Shown: positions 1 to 8,134 of the stretch, one piece after another
Numbering within the stretch: position 1 is the first letter of the stretch
How the letters are laid out: the number at the start of each line of letters is the position of its first letter
From: an uncultured Gemmatimonadota bacterium
GTDB taxonomy: Bacteria > Gemmatimonadota > Gemmatimonadetes > Gemmatimonadales > Gemmatimonadaceae
Length of the DNA: 36,272 nucleotides
Assembly: GCA_903894655.1 (NCBI GenBank)
Contig: CAITQY010000171.1
Coordinates: forward strand, 1 to 36,272
Direction of reading: 5' to 3'
The notes under the pieces: generated by a model
What the model was told of the DNA's origin: nothing
The model's input: the letters and a program-made list of their open reading frames with translations, nothing else
The model's database searches: none
Translations under genes and position numbers: made by a program

Positions 1-579
1 AACTGATCGATGCGCCCATGTGTGCGCGTCCTGTTCGGCGAGGTCTTGAAGTGCTGGGCAGTTTGTGGTGCTGACGTTCGGCTCGTGGTGCTCGATGCCC
101 GTGCCTTGTACGTCGACGATGCCGTGTGCTCGTTCAGCGTCGAGCCATAGTTGGTTGTCTCCGTACCACCACTGGTATCGCTCGTCGCACCGGATGCCGT
201 GGGTCAGGTTCAGGGCCCAGGCGCAGCCGACGAGTTCACCAGGTCGGCCGGGATGCGCGAGTGTGGCGCCGCTGTTCTCGAGCGCGTCGCGCATTCGCGT
301 GATGCTGTCGGGCGTGATGCTCACGTCGTCGTTGAGCACGGCGCCGTAGGTCGCGCCTTGTGCTGCGAGCGCGTCGAGGCCCGTGTTCCACCATCGGTGG
401 ATGTTGATGGGCGCGAGATCGACGATGAGCGTGGCATCGGTGCGCGTCCACGCGTCGGCATAGTCGGCGCTATTGGTGGTGATGATGATGTGGCTGGAGG
501 GTAGTGCGGCGTTGGTGATGATCGCGTCGAGGTAGTGGTCGCGCTGGCCGCGTGTCGGGATGACGATCCCGTAGCTCAC
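1..579 (-). CDS. Glycosyltransferase family 2 (GT-A fold), 3' end runs off the window; not in the ORF track
   Basis: Manual translation from GTG 579 (GTGA overlap with upstream stop): MSYGIVIPTRGQRDHYLDAII...WWNTGLDA...GAVLNDDV...DERYQWWYGDNQLW; IVIPT and NDD motifs; open to base 1. Confidence 0.8.
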   Translation of the reverse strand, partial: MSYGIVIPTRGQRDHYLDAIITNAALPSSHIIITTNSADYADAWTRTDATLIVDLAPINIHRWWNTGLDALAAQGATYGAVLNDDVSITPDSITRMRDALENSGATLAHPGRPGELVGCAWALNLTHGIRCDERYQWWYGDNQLWLDAERAHGIVDVQGTGIEHHEPNVSTTNCPALQDLAEQDAHTWAHRSV

Positions 580-728
580 GCTGGTGCCAGGTTTAGCTGG
601 TCTAGTAACGCGTCGATCTTGTCGTCAAGGGTGGCGCGTTGCCCGTGGGTGCCGGGCTCGGCGGCCAGTCTCGCCTTCGTCTCGATCACGTGCGTGATGG
701 CTTCGAGGATGTCGTCGCGCGTGGTCAT
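576..728 (-). CDS. Small hypothetical protein (50 aa)
   Basis: MTTRDDILEAI...IDALLDQL; purine-rich RBS upstream; stop coupled to the GT start. Confidence 0.65.
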   Translation of the reverse strand: MTTRDDILEAITHVIETKARLAAEPGTHGQRATLDDKIDALLDQLNLAPA

Positions 729-761
729 CCGCGGCGCTCCCGTCTCTCCATTCAATGACAA

Positions 762-783
762 AGCCCCGCTCGGTGGCGGGGCT
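762..783 (-). terminator. Intrinsic terminator-like hairpin
   Basis: Minus strand AGCCCCGC-CACCGA-GCGGGGCT followed by TTGTCATT. Confidence 0.6.
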
Positions 784-811
784 GGCGTTGGTCGTATTAC
801 GACCTATCACG

Positions 812-840
812 AGAGTATCCGCAGATTCACACACAGTCAA
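812..840 (-). promoter_or_regulatory. Sigma70/SigA-type promoter, probable late promoter
   Basis: TTGACT-17 bp-TACTCT on the minus strand; palindrome GGTCGTA-T-TACGACC at 790-804 just downstream. Confidence 0.65.
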
Positions 841-851
841 CCTGATCGCTC

Positions 852-1013
852 TCATCCCCGCACGTGACGCATTGGACAGGTCTCACATAAGGAAGTTGAC
901 GTGGTAATTGGATTTGGATTGCGCGACCGCCGCCACCAGCGCGGCTTGCCGCTCTTCGGACTCACGTCATAGATGGCTGGCCGGACATCAAGTGGCTCCA
1001 CTTGGTCGGCCAT
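852..1013 (-). CDS. Possible small ORF (53 aa)
   Basis: ATG directly after the upstream stop; MADQVEPLDV...; atypical composition. Confidence 0.25.
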   Translation of the reverse strand: MADQVEPLDVRPAIYDVSPKSGKPRWWRRSRNPNPITTSTSLCETCPMRHVRG

Positions 1014-1014
1014 G

Positions 1015-1824
1015 CTAGATCGCCCGCCGCTTCTCGCCCTCGATCACGTCGAGGACATCGCCCACGCGGTACAGCGGGACCGCGCCTAGGTTGCCAGCGC
1101 GGATGAGTCGGCCGCGACGTACCCAACCTTCAAGCCTCTTGCGGCTCACCGTCTCGCTGCCCGTCTCGCCGATGGCGCGCGTCATCTCCGAGAGCGTGAG
1201 CAGTGAGTCACCTGCCGCCTCTAGCCGGTTGCGTCGCCAGATGTAGACATCGCGCTCGGTGGAGCACACCGGGCACCGCAGGCTTGTCGAGCCCTCGGAG
1301 GCGTACAGTTCCTCGCCACACTCGCCGTCGTCGCCGTCGCACGTACCGGCGTACACGCGGTCGGCCGCGCGGTCGATGGCGGTGCGCGCCTGGCCGACGG
1401 CGAAGCCGACCTCGTCGATGGCTAGGTAGCCCTCAGGGTGCACCACGAGCCAGCCGTTCAGGTGCATGAGCGCCGCGGCCATGCCGACGACTGACGGCGA
1501 CGGGAGTGGAACGGCGGGGTGCGCGTCGAGCCCTTCCTTCACCCACGGCCAGAGCGTCATCGACAACAGCCGCGCGGCCTCTGATGCGTCCACGTTGTAC
1601 GGCAGCGGCGTCTCACTCGAGCGCGGCCCGTTGCTTGAGCCGCTCGCCGTCTGGCGCGACAACGTCGTGTCGAGCTCGGTCATGATGCTCGGGATGTCGC
1701 CCAGGTTGGTGTCGAATCGTCGCCAGCAGGCCGGGCACGCGGTCGAGTTGTCGCCGGTCGGCATCGGTCGGCCGCACTTATCGGCGGCGCAAGTCCGGGT
1801 CTTTGGCGGTTGATGTGGACTCAT
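1015..1824 (-). CDS. Zn-finger plus C-terminal HTH protein, putative late-gene regulator
   Basis: CxxxxC/CxxC pairs at the N-terminus and centre, MerR/excisionase-like tail (RLEGWVRRGRL...LYRVGDV); last early gene before the late promoter. Confidence 0.7.
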   Translation of the reverse strand: MSPHQPPKTRTCAADKCGRPMPTGDNSTACPACWRRFDTNLGDIPSIMTELDTTLSRQTASGSSNGPRSSETPLPYNVDASEAARLLSMTLWPWVKEGLDAHPAVPLPSPSVVGMAAALMHLNGWLVVHPEGYLAIDEVGFAVGQARTAIDRAADRVYAGTCDGDDGECGEELYASEGSTSLRCPVCSTERDVYIWRRNRLEAAGDSLLTLSEMTRAIGETGSETVSRKRLEGWVRRGRLIRAGNLGAVPLYRVGDVLDVIEGEKRRAI

Positions 1825-1926
1825 CGTGGTCGCTCCTGGGTGTTGTGAGGACTCAATCGGATGAAATCTTGGGCTTTCTCGCGCGGGTCATCTACCTGTG
1901 GATTCCGTCGGCGTTAACTACAGGTC

Positions 1927-2024
1927 TTCGTTAGTGCGTTCGTCCGTTCGTTCGTGCATATGCGGCGCGCATATGCGGCCCGCATGCGTCGCGCATATGC
2001 GACCCGCATATGCGACCCGCATGC
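1927..2024. repeat. Iteron-like tandem array (putative replication origin) plus CGTT-rich repeats
   Basis: 13-bp units GCATATGCGGCGC/GCATATGCGGCCC/GCATATGCGACCC x2 plus two shortened GCATGC units (1956-2024), directly abutting the stop of the rep-like gene. Confidence 0.75.
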
Positions 2025-2393
2025 TCAACGGCTCGCCTTGGGCGCTGGCGGGTCGTCGGGATGCCATCGTGCGAGTGCTGCTTTCTGTGCGTTCTTGCGG
2101 CGCTCGGCGTGCTCCATTCCGCTTTGCTGGTACTCGTTCCAGTCGTTGACTTCGTAGCCACCGGCCGTGTCGTGCCACAGTCCGACGCTCACGAGCTGGG
2201 TCGCCAGTCGCTTGTTGGCGTGGATGAATGGGAGAGCGCCGGCCGGGATGTAACCATCGGTTCCGTGCGTTCCCGAGTAGCCCAGGCCGCAGATATAGGC
2301 CACTACGGCGGCGTGATTCTTGTCCTCGATGAGGTGCAGCACCTTCGGATTAGTGGCGAATTGGGTGTCGAGTCGCACCCACGGGAGGCTCAT
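2025..2393 (-). CDS. Replication initiator-like winged-helix protein (122 aa)
   Basis: MSLPWVRLD...NPKV...TDGYIP...LVSVGLW...YEVNDWNEYQ...KAALARW, typical actinophage RepA-like N-domain; ATGA overlap. Confidence 0.7.
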   Translation of the reverse strand: MSLPWVRLDTQFATNPKVLHLIEDKNHAAVVAYICGLGYSGTHGTDGYIPAGALPFIHANKRLATQLVSVGLWHDTAGGYEVNDWNEYQQSGMEHAERRKNAQKAALARWHPDDPPAPKASR

Positions 2394-3130
2394 GCGACAC
2401 CGTCCAGCAGTGACATCTGTGCGTCTCCAATGTTGAGTACTGATATGACCAGCCATGCTGTGCGGTGGCTGTTGAGGTTTCCGATGAGTAGCCGGGAGTC
2501 CGGGCCGAGGGACAGGCAGTTGTCGAGGTCAAGCGCGCCAGGAGCCTTCCTCATGCGCTCGTAACAGCCCCAGTCCCTCAGCATTAACCGGTGCTCGCCC
2601 TTGTCGTCGTCAAACACAAGGCGCGGCATGAATGGGAATCTCTTGGCGCCGTCGGCCGGCGGCAGTCCATCGGCGAACAGTTTGAGCTGAGGCGACTCGG
2701 GACTGTTCAGGTTCTGGTCATAGGTGACAGACGGCACGCCTTTCGGCGCTATCAGCGCGAGGCTGAGTCGTCGCTCGTTCGCCTCCTTGATGCTGCTCAC
2801 CCAAACCCTGTCGTCGTTGAGAGCGTCGCGCGTGTCCATTCCACGCACCTGGGCGTAGGTTGAGAACGCCGCATTGATGTCCTGGTGAGTCTCGGCCGAC
2901 CTGTCTCCTGCGAGTTTCCACGACTCGGGACGTGAGTCCTTCGGGTTGCGCTCAAGAGGCACTTGACTGACGCTCCACCTCTTTGGTGAGGCGTATCGAG
3001 CCAGTGGGTAAATGCGTATGAGTGACCGCAATTCGGTGGAGTATCCAGCCGAGCACACGAACACGCGACCGTCCGACTGCGGCTCGGGCACCGTCTTGCC
3101 CAGCATGATGAAATCGTCACAGATCATCAT
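2390..3130 (-). CDS. Hypothetical protein, possibly dual-OB-fold family associated with DUF488-like genes
   Basis: GKTVPEP...VCSAGYS...LIRIYP, KDSRPESWK and LLIGNL...WLVISVL motifs; start overlaps the DUF4326 gene stop. Confidence 0.6.
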   Translation of the reverse strand: MMICDDFIMLGKTVPEPQSDGRVFVCSAGYSTELRSLIRIYPLARYASPKRWSVSQVPLERNPKDSRPESWKLAGDRSAETHQDINAAFSTYAQVRGMDTRDALNDDRVWVSSIKEANERRLSLALIAPKGVPSVTYDQNLNSPESPQLKLFADGLPPADGAKRFPFMPRLVFDDDKGEHRLMLRDWGCYERMRKAPGALDLDNCLSLGPDSRLLIGNLNSHRTAWLVISVLNIGDAQMSLLDGVA

Positions 3131-3923
3131 CGGCCTCGACAGCTTCCTTGAGCACGTCGCCATGGCAAGGCAACGGAGCGCACCAGCACCCGAGCGCCCG
3201 GCCGTGCAGCTCGCCGATCCGATTGAGTAGCGAGGGCTTGTTTGGCAGATAGTGGTCACGGTACGACGCGATCACTTGGTCGCGCGTTCCGTCATCGTTA
3301 AGGACGAAAGGGTTGCCCCACGGAGTATTCCTGTCGATCCGTGTCACGTACCCTGCCCGATCAAGTGCAGTGGCGACTGGGTCGCGCAGGTTAATAACGA
3401 TGGTGTGACCGGCGTCAAGCTGGTCAATGATGTCGTCAACCTCGGTGCGCGTCGCGGGGTCGGCCAGCAGGTTGTCGGCTAGGCGGGCCAGTTCTTGGCG
3501 CTGACGTTCCGCGCGTACTCGGGTTTGCATGGCGCGAGCAGCTGTCTCGTGAATGCTTCTGGCGCTAAGCCCAACCTCGGCCGCCTCTCGCAGTACTTCG
3601 GCCGCGAACTCGGGGCCGTGTTCCTTGCGGGTTGATGCAATGGCGCGGGCTTGGCCCTCGTTGGTGATGGGACCAATTGGTCCCAACTCGGTAACAACCT
3701 CTGCCGCTTCAACTAGTCGGTTCGCGTGGCGCTTTGAGAACCCCCACCGCTCGCGGCAGTAATCCTCAAACGTTTCGTAAGTCGCCCGGTACAGCCTGCC
3801 GTCGCGGATGCTGGCGAGCGCGGTGCCCACGTCCACGAACGTGGCGAGCCCTCGCTCGATGACGGTCTCGCACTGACCCAACTCTGCTATCTCGTCTCGC
3901 GTTATCTTTGCCACCTCTGCCAT
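3117..3923 (-). CDS. DUF4326-domain protein with N-terminal helical/HTH domain
   Basis: C-terminal IDRNTPWGNPF...LGCWCAPLPCHGDVL (DUF4326 signature); N-terminal GTALASIRDGRLYRATYETFEDYCRERW. Confidence 0.8.
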   Translation of the reverse strand: MAEVAKITRDEIAELGQCETVIERGLATFVDVGTALASIRDGRLYRATYETFEDYCRERWGFSKRHANRLVEAAEVVTELGPIGPITNEGQARAIASTRKEHGPEFAAEVLREAAEVGLSARSIHETAARAMQTRVRAERQRQELARLADNLLADPATRTEVDDIIDQLDAGHTIVINLRDPVATALDRAGYVTRIDRNTPWGNPFVLNDDGTRDQVIASYRDHYLPNKPSLLNRIGELHGRALGCWCAPLPCHGDVLKEAVEADDDL

Positions 3924-4006
3924 GATCACGCTGTCCTTCTCTCGTCTGGGTTGGATGGCACCGGCCCGCCGTCTGCTTGGCGGTAGTGGCGGGCCGGTGC
4001 GCGGAT

Positions 4007-4423
4007 CTAGAACGGTGCCTGTGTCGCCCACGGGTCGACCGCGGGCTCGCTCTCGCCGAAGCCCTTCGCCGACTCCGTCCACTGCGACGACTGGCCGCCC
4101 TTGGCTCGACGGCCGAACGTGTCGGCAATGACGGCTTTGCGGCTGCGCTTCTCACCGGCCGGTGTCTCCCAGTGCTCATCGCGCACGCGCCCGACGATGA
4201 CGACGCGGTCGCCCTTGTGGAGCTGCGTGGCGGCGTCGTCGGCGGCGAGCCCGAACAGCGTCACGTCCCACCAGGTTGTGTCAACGTCTTCCCACGTGCC
4301 CGACTCGGTGCGCTTGCGGCCATTGGTGACCACCGACAGTCGCGTGAGCGTCTTCCCGTTGCTTGTAGTCTTGAGCTCGGGGTCCTGCCCGAGGCGTCCG
4401 TCTAGCGTGATGGGTGCGCTCAT
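4007..4423 (-). CDS. ssb: Single-stranded DNA-binding protein
   Basis: GRLGQDPELK, LHKGDRVVIVGR, acidic tail ending DPWATQAPF. Confidence 0.95.
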   Translation of the reverse strand: MSAPITLDGRLGQDPELKTTSNGKTLTRLSVVTNGRKRTESGTWEDVDTTWWDVTLFGLAADDAATQLHKGDRVVIVGRVRDEHWETPAGEKRSRKAVIADTFGRRAKGGQSSQWTESAKGFGESEPAVDPWATQAPF

Positions 4424-5283
4424 CCGTCCAGCTCCTTCTTGAGTGTGTCGATGATGTGGGACGCCTCGCTCTTCGTGAGGTCGTTCGTCGTCTCAATTGG
4501 TCGGCCGATGAGACGGCCGAGCATCGTGTGCCCGGCGCCACGGTCTTTGATTCCCATCCCGTTGAGCGCGGCGTGCAGCGCCTTGAGTTGTGCGGGCGTG
4601 ATGGGGTCGCCGTCGGGCTTGGGTTTCGCTGGCGGCTCGTCGTCGATGACTTCGGCGTCGACGATGTCGGGCTCGACCTCGACGCGCGCGGGCTCGTCGA
4701 AGTCGGGCTCGGATACGGTGGGCCGCTCGGCCGCGGGCACCGTGCTCGTGACCGCACGGGTGCGTACCGCCGTGGTGCGCTGCGCTGTCGTCGGCGCTAC
4801 GGGCTCATCGGCGCCCATCTCTTCTGCCGTGTACTGGACGCCAGCGAGAATCTCCGAGCACGCGTTGCGCGCGCACTCACTGATTGCCCTGGCCTTGAGC
4901 ATGGCGTCTGGGTACTTCGCCCACGTCGGATTGCTGAGCAGCCCGGCGGTCTTGGCGCGGTCGATTGTCCATATGGACGTGAACTCAAAGTCGGGATCGT
5001 CGTTGCGGATGATCGTGCACTCGGCGCGCTTGTCGTTGCCGCTCACGCGCAGGATGTGGCCGGCGCGCCTGACGAGCCCGGCCATGAGTGCGGCGCTCGC
5101 GGTCGGCTTGCCCTTGATAACGGTTATGCCTTGTATGGCGGCCATCGGCGCGAGGTCGAGCGCCTTCCCGTACTCGATGGCGACGAGCACGTTGGCGGGC
5201 TTGCCGCGGTACTCCTGCGGGAGCAGGTCAGACGCTGCGAGGGCTTTGGAGTAGTCGACGAGTGCTGGCAGGTTGTCACTCAT
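4420..5283 (-). CDS. RecT/Bet-like ssDNA annealing recombinase
   Basis: YRGKPANVLVAIEYG...VIKGKP...WAKYPDAMLKARA; lies between exonuclease and SSB. Confidence 0.8.
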   Translation of the reverse strand: MSDNLPALVDYSKALAASDLLPQEYRGKPANVLVAIEYGKALDLAPMAAIQGITVIKGKPTASAALMAGLVRRAGHILRVSGNDKRAECTIIRNDDPDFEFTSIWTIDRAKTAGLLSNPTWAKYPDAMLKARAISECARNACSEILAGVQYTAEEMGADEPVAPTTAQRTTAVRTRAVTSTVPAAERPTVSEPDFDEPARVEVEPDIVDAEVIDDEPPAKPKPDGDPITPAQLKALHAALNGMGIKDRGAGHTMLGRLIGRPIETTNDLTKSEASHIIDTLKKELDG

Positions 5284-6050
5284 GCGGGCACCGCCGTCAG
5301 TGCCTCGCCGACGTAGGCCGCATTCGTCTCGGCCTCTTTAGCCACGACGGCGATGTGCCGGAACGCCTTGAGCACGGCCTCGTCGGCCTGCATCGGGATC
5401 ACGGCCCAGCCGGTGCCCGTGATGTGGATAACCGCGCATCGGTCGATGTCGATCATGGGCTGCTCAAGGCCGTCAGCGTCGACGTAGTGCGTCGCGTAGC
5501 GATAAGCGGCCAACTGGTAGGCCGTGTCGGCGTATACGCCTCTTCCCGTTTTCACGTCCAGCAGCCAAGTCTCGCCGCCGATGGACGCCACGAGGTCAAG
5601 GCTTCCCGCGTACCCGTACTCGCAGTGATAGACGACCGCCTCGATGAGCAGCGGTTGCGGGTTGAAAGCGTCGAGAAACTCGACGTAGTGCGCGACGTGG
5701 TCGGCGAGTTCGGCCGGCACGTCGACAGGCTCACCGCGCACCAGCCGCTCGGCCAAGTGGTGCACTTCGGTGCCACGCTTGGCGGCAGCGTCGCGCTCTT
5801 TGTATGGCGCGCCCTTGAGCGTCGTGAGCATGTCGGTGGGCTTCATGTCGGCGAGCTCTTCGCGGTTGTTGACCGCGTACTCGGCGACGGCCTTGATGCC
5901 CCACGGCAGCAGTGCGGGCTTAGGCATTCCCTTGCCTAGGATCGTGGTCACGCCCGGCACCTTCTGGCCGGTGATGTCCTCGTAGTGGTGCGTTGGCTTG
6001 CCTCGGTAGGTGGTGTTGACCCTGCGAATCGGCCCCTTGAATACGGTCAT
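5280..6050 (-). CDS. PD-(D/E)XK exonuclease (RecE/Cas4-like)
   Basis: PGVTTIL, RGTEVH, YAGSLD, LLDVKTG, QLAAY motifs. Confidence 0.9.
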   Translation of the reverse strand: MTVFKGPIRRVNTTYRGKPTHHYEDITGQKVPGVTTILGKGMPKPALLPWGIKAVAEYAVNNREELADMKPTDMLTTLKGAPYKERDAAAKRGTEVHHLAERLVRGEPVDVPAELADHVAHYVEFLDAFNPQPLLIEAVVYHCEYGYAGSLDLVASIGGETWLLDVKTGRGVYADTAYQLAAYRYATHYVDADGLEQPMIDIDRCAVIHITGTGWAVIPMQADEAVLKAFRHIAVVAKEAETNAAYVGEALTAVPA

Positions 6051-6319
6051 CTCTTACCTTTCTGTTCGTTGTTGTGGAGTGTGTTGAGGTAGTTGCGGCG
6101 CTCGGCGGTGATGTCGTCGGGCTCCTGCGGTATCGCGGCGAGCAATGCGCGAGCGACCTCGCGGGTCCACTCGCCGTCGTTGCCGCGGTTGTCGAGTCGC
6201 GTCCAGCACGACGGGCAGCACGCGAGCCCGTCGTCGGCGATCTGCTCGCGGCGGTTGAGTCGTGAGATGTAGCGCAGTCGCGCAGACCATGAGAGGCGGT
6301 CCCAGTCCTGCGGCGTCAT
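6047..6319 (-). CDS. Hypothetical protein with CxxC
   Basis: ATGA-coupled at both ends; MTPQDWDRLSW... Confidence 0.6.
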   Translation of the reverse strand: MTPQDWDRLSWSARLRYISRLNRREQIADDGLACCPSCWTRLDNRGNDGEWTREVARALLAAIPQEPDDITAERRNYLNTLHNNEQKGKR

Positions 6320-6711
6320 GGCGCGCACCAGTCGCAGAGCGTGCGGCCTTGCTCGCCGTATCGCACGATCTCGGCCTGACATCCGGCGCACGGCCCGTTC
6401 TGCTGCTCGCGTCGAGGTCGTGTGACAGGTAGCGGCGGCGGCGCGTCGGGCTCGCCGATGGGTACGGGCCCGGTGAGCCGGTAGCGCGGGACCATCTTGC
6501 CGACGTTGCGCCCAGCGGTGTCGGTGCTCCGCACGTGGTCAAACTCGACGAGTACGCCGTCCTGGCGTAGTCGCCGGTAGGTGAGCCCGATCTGCTTCGG
6601 TACCACCCATGCCGGGATAAGTGGCCGCACGTCGTTGGGATTCACTAGGCCGTCGTGCGCGGCGCGAGCGATGGCGGTGCGGATCGCGTGGTCGTAGTGG
6701 CGCGGCGTCAC
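6316..6711 (-). CDS. Hypothetical winged-helix-like protein with C-terminal Zn finger
   Basis: GTGA-coupled start; VNPNDVRPLIP...IGLTYRRLRQDG; CAGC...CDWC. Confidence 0.65.
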   Translation of the reverse strand: MTPRHYDHAIRTAIARAAHDGLVNPNDVRPLIPAWVVPKQIGLTYRRLRQDGVLVEFDHVRSTDTAGRNVGKMVPRYRLTGPVPIGEPDAPPPLPVTRPRREQQNGPCAGCQAEIVRYGEQGRTLCDWCAP

Positions 6712-7064
6712 TTGACCCGCCTCCCGTTGCGCCAGGCGACGCCACCGGCGACGCCGTCGAAGCCTTCGCGCGGGCGCACCTGGTCGATGCACCAGTCCTT
6801 GACGGTGCACGGCTCGCACACCTTCAGCGCCTCGGCGATGTACGTGACCGTGGTGAACACGCGCGGGTCGTGGCCCTCGCACGCGGGCGTGTCGACGGGC
6901 GCGGCCTGCCTCGCCCTGGGCACCTTCTTGCTCACCGGCCGGTAGCCCTTGTCTCGGCGCGCCAACTCGCGGCGCACCTCAACCTGCTCGGCGTGCGTGA
7001 GCGTGATGAAGTCGACGGACCCCTCGAAGAATCGGGCGACGGCCACGTTGTCGAGGCTGCTCAC
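6708..7064 (-). CDS. whiB: WhiB-family transcription factor
   Basis: C-x20-CxxC-x5-C followed by GVAGG (variant of GVWGG). Confidence 0.8.
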   Translation of the reverse strand: MSSLDNVAVARFFEGSVDFITLTHAEQVEVRRELARRDKGYRPVSKKVPRARQAAPVDTPACEGHDPRVFTTVTYIAEALKVCEPCTVKDWCIDQVRPREGFDGVAGGVAWRNGRRVK

Positions 7065-7192
7065 GCGTCAACCTCCAGCCGGTCGCAGACGCACACGGCG
7101 TCGTCGACGCGGTGCGTGCACCAGGTGAGGCTCGGCAGGTGCTCGCTGGCGGGGTGGCCGCAGACGCACGTCAGGATCACGGGGTGTGTCAT
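7061..7192 (-). CDS. Small Cys/His-rich protein (43 aa), not in the ORF track
   Basis: MTHPVILTCVCGHPASEH...WC...CVC; coupled at both ends. Confidence 0.65.
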   Translation of the reverse strand: MTHPVILTCVCGHPASEHLPSLTWCTHRVDDAVCVCDRLEVDA

Positions 7193-7368
7193 GACTCACC
7201 ACCGAGGTCGAGGCTGTCGAGGTCGTCCTCGCAGCAGCGAGGCGAGCAGTAGTGCAGCGTCACGTCGCCGCCGTGGTCGGCGTCGTTGTGCTGGGTGACG
7301 GTGAGCCAGCCCGCGCCGGGCGCAAAGGGTGCGGTCGCGTCGCACACATCGCAGGAGAAGAGGCGCAT
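7189..7368 (-). CDS. Small Zn-finger protein
   Basis: CDVC...HYCSPRC; TGATG/ATGA overlaps. Confidence 0.65.
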   Translation of the reverse strand: MRLFSCDVCDATAPFAPGAGWLTVTQHNDADHGGDVTLHYCSPRCCEDDLDSLDLGGES

Positions 7369-7790
7369 CAGTACCACCCGTACTGACCGCTAGCCGCGCG
7401 GCCCTGCCAGCGCGACCACGCCGTGCACGGGTCGCCGTAGGACACTCGGATGTAGCGGAGGCCCCAGCGAATCTGAGTCGTGGTGTTGGTGCGCCAGTCA
7501 CGGCCGGCGCTCGCCATCTTGCGGCCGGGGTGAGCCTGCGGGATGCCCCACGTCGAGTACCCGTCGCCGTTGTTGGCGTTCCAGCGCCATCCGCTCTCGT
7601 GACTCCAGAGGGCCACCAGGCATCGCCACTGCCCGCCGCCGTTGGCTGCCGATGGGCGCCAGCCGTAAGCGCGCGCCTGGTACTTCGCCTCGGCCTTCGC
7701 CTGCGCTTGCGTGCCGCGGTACAGGTCGGTGTGTACGGGCGCGGCGGGCGTGAGCGCAACCGCACCGGCGAGGATGATCGCGGCGATCAT
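7368..7790 (-). CDS. Secreted lytic transglycosylase (SLT/lysozyme-like)
   Basis: Signal peptide; CLVALWSHESGW, GIPQAHPG, QIRWGLRYI, C-terminal GWY. Confidence 0.85.
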   Translation of the reverse strand: MIAAIILAGAVALTPAAPVHTDLYRGTQAQAKAEAKYQARAYGWRPSAANGGGQWRCLVALWSHESGWRWNANNGDGYSTWGIPQAHPGRKMASAGRDWRTNTTTQIRWGLRYIRVSYGDPCTAWSRWQGRAASGQYGWY

Positions 7791-8134
7791 GACTCGACCT
7801 CGAAACCGTCGAGCTCGACGAGAAGCCGGTGGAACGTGTGGCCCGACATGATCACGTAGCCGTCACCCGGCGAGCCTTTGCCGACGCGCTTGGCCCACAC
7901 GACGCGCAGCCAGGCGCCGCGCCGCTCTCCCGCGGCCTCGGCCTGCGCGACCCACTCGGCGAGCGCCATCTTCTGCACGTTCTTGGCCTCAATGACGAGG
8001 TCGTCAGAGACGCCGACGACATCGCCGCCGCCGAAATCAGCGGAGCCGGTGCGGCGGGCGGTTGGGAATGACTCGGCGAGGAAGTTGACGATGCTCGTTT
8101 CCCACGAGGTGCCCTTGGCGCGTGATTTAGACAT
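7787..8134 (-). CDS. Holliday junction resolvase (Hjc-like PD-(D/E)XK)
   Basis: MSKSRAKGTSWE...GDV...IEAKN. Confidence 0.8.
   Translation of the reverse strand: MSKSRAKGTSWETSIVNFLAESFPTARRTGSADFGGGDVVGVSDDLVIEAKNVQKMALAEWVAQAEAAGERRGAWLRVVWAKRVGKGSPGDGYVIMSGHTFHRLLVELDGFEVES

Noticed and set aside
1956-2024. CRISPR-like array
   Set aside because: Units are 11-13 bp and abut with no unique spacers; no cas operon. The Cas4-like gene sits in an exonuclease-RecT-SSB module.
4414-5939. Long plus-strand ORFs (4414-5316, 4439-5254, 5262-5939) and similar ones elsewhere
   Set aside because: Antisense shadows of clear minus-strand genes in GC-rich DNA, with no motifs, RBS or coupling
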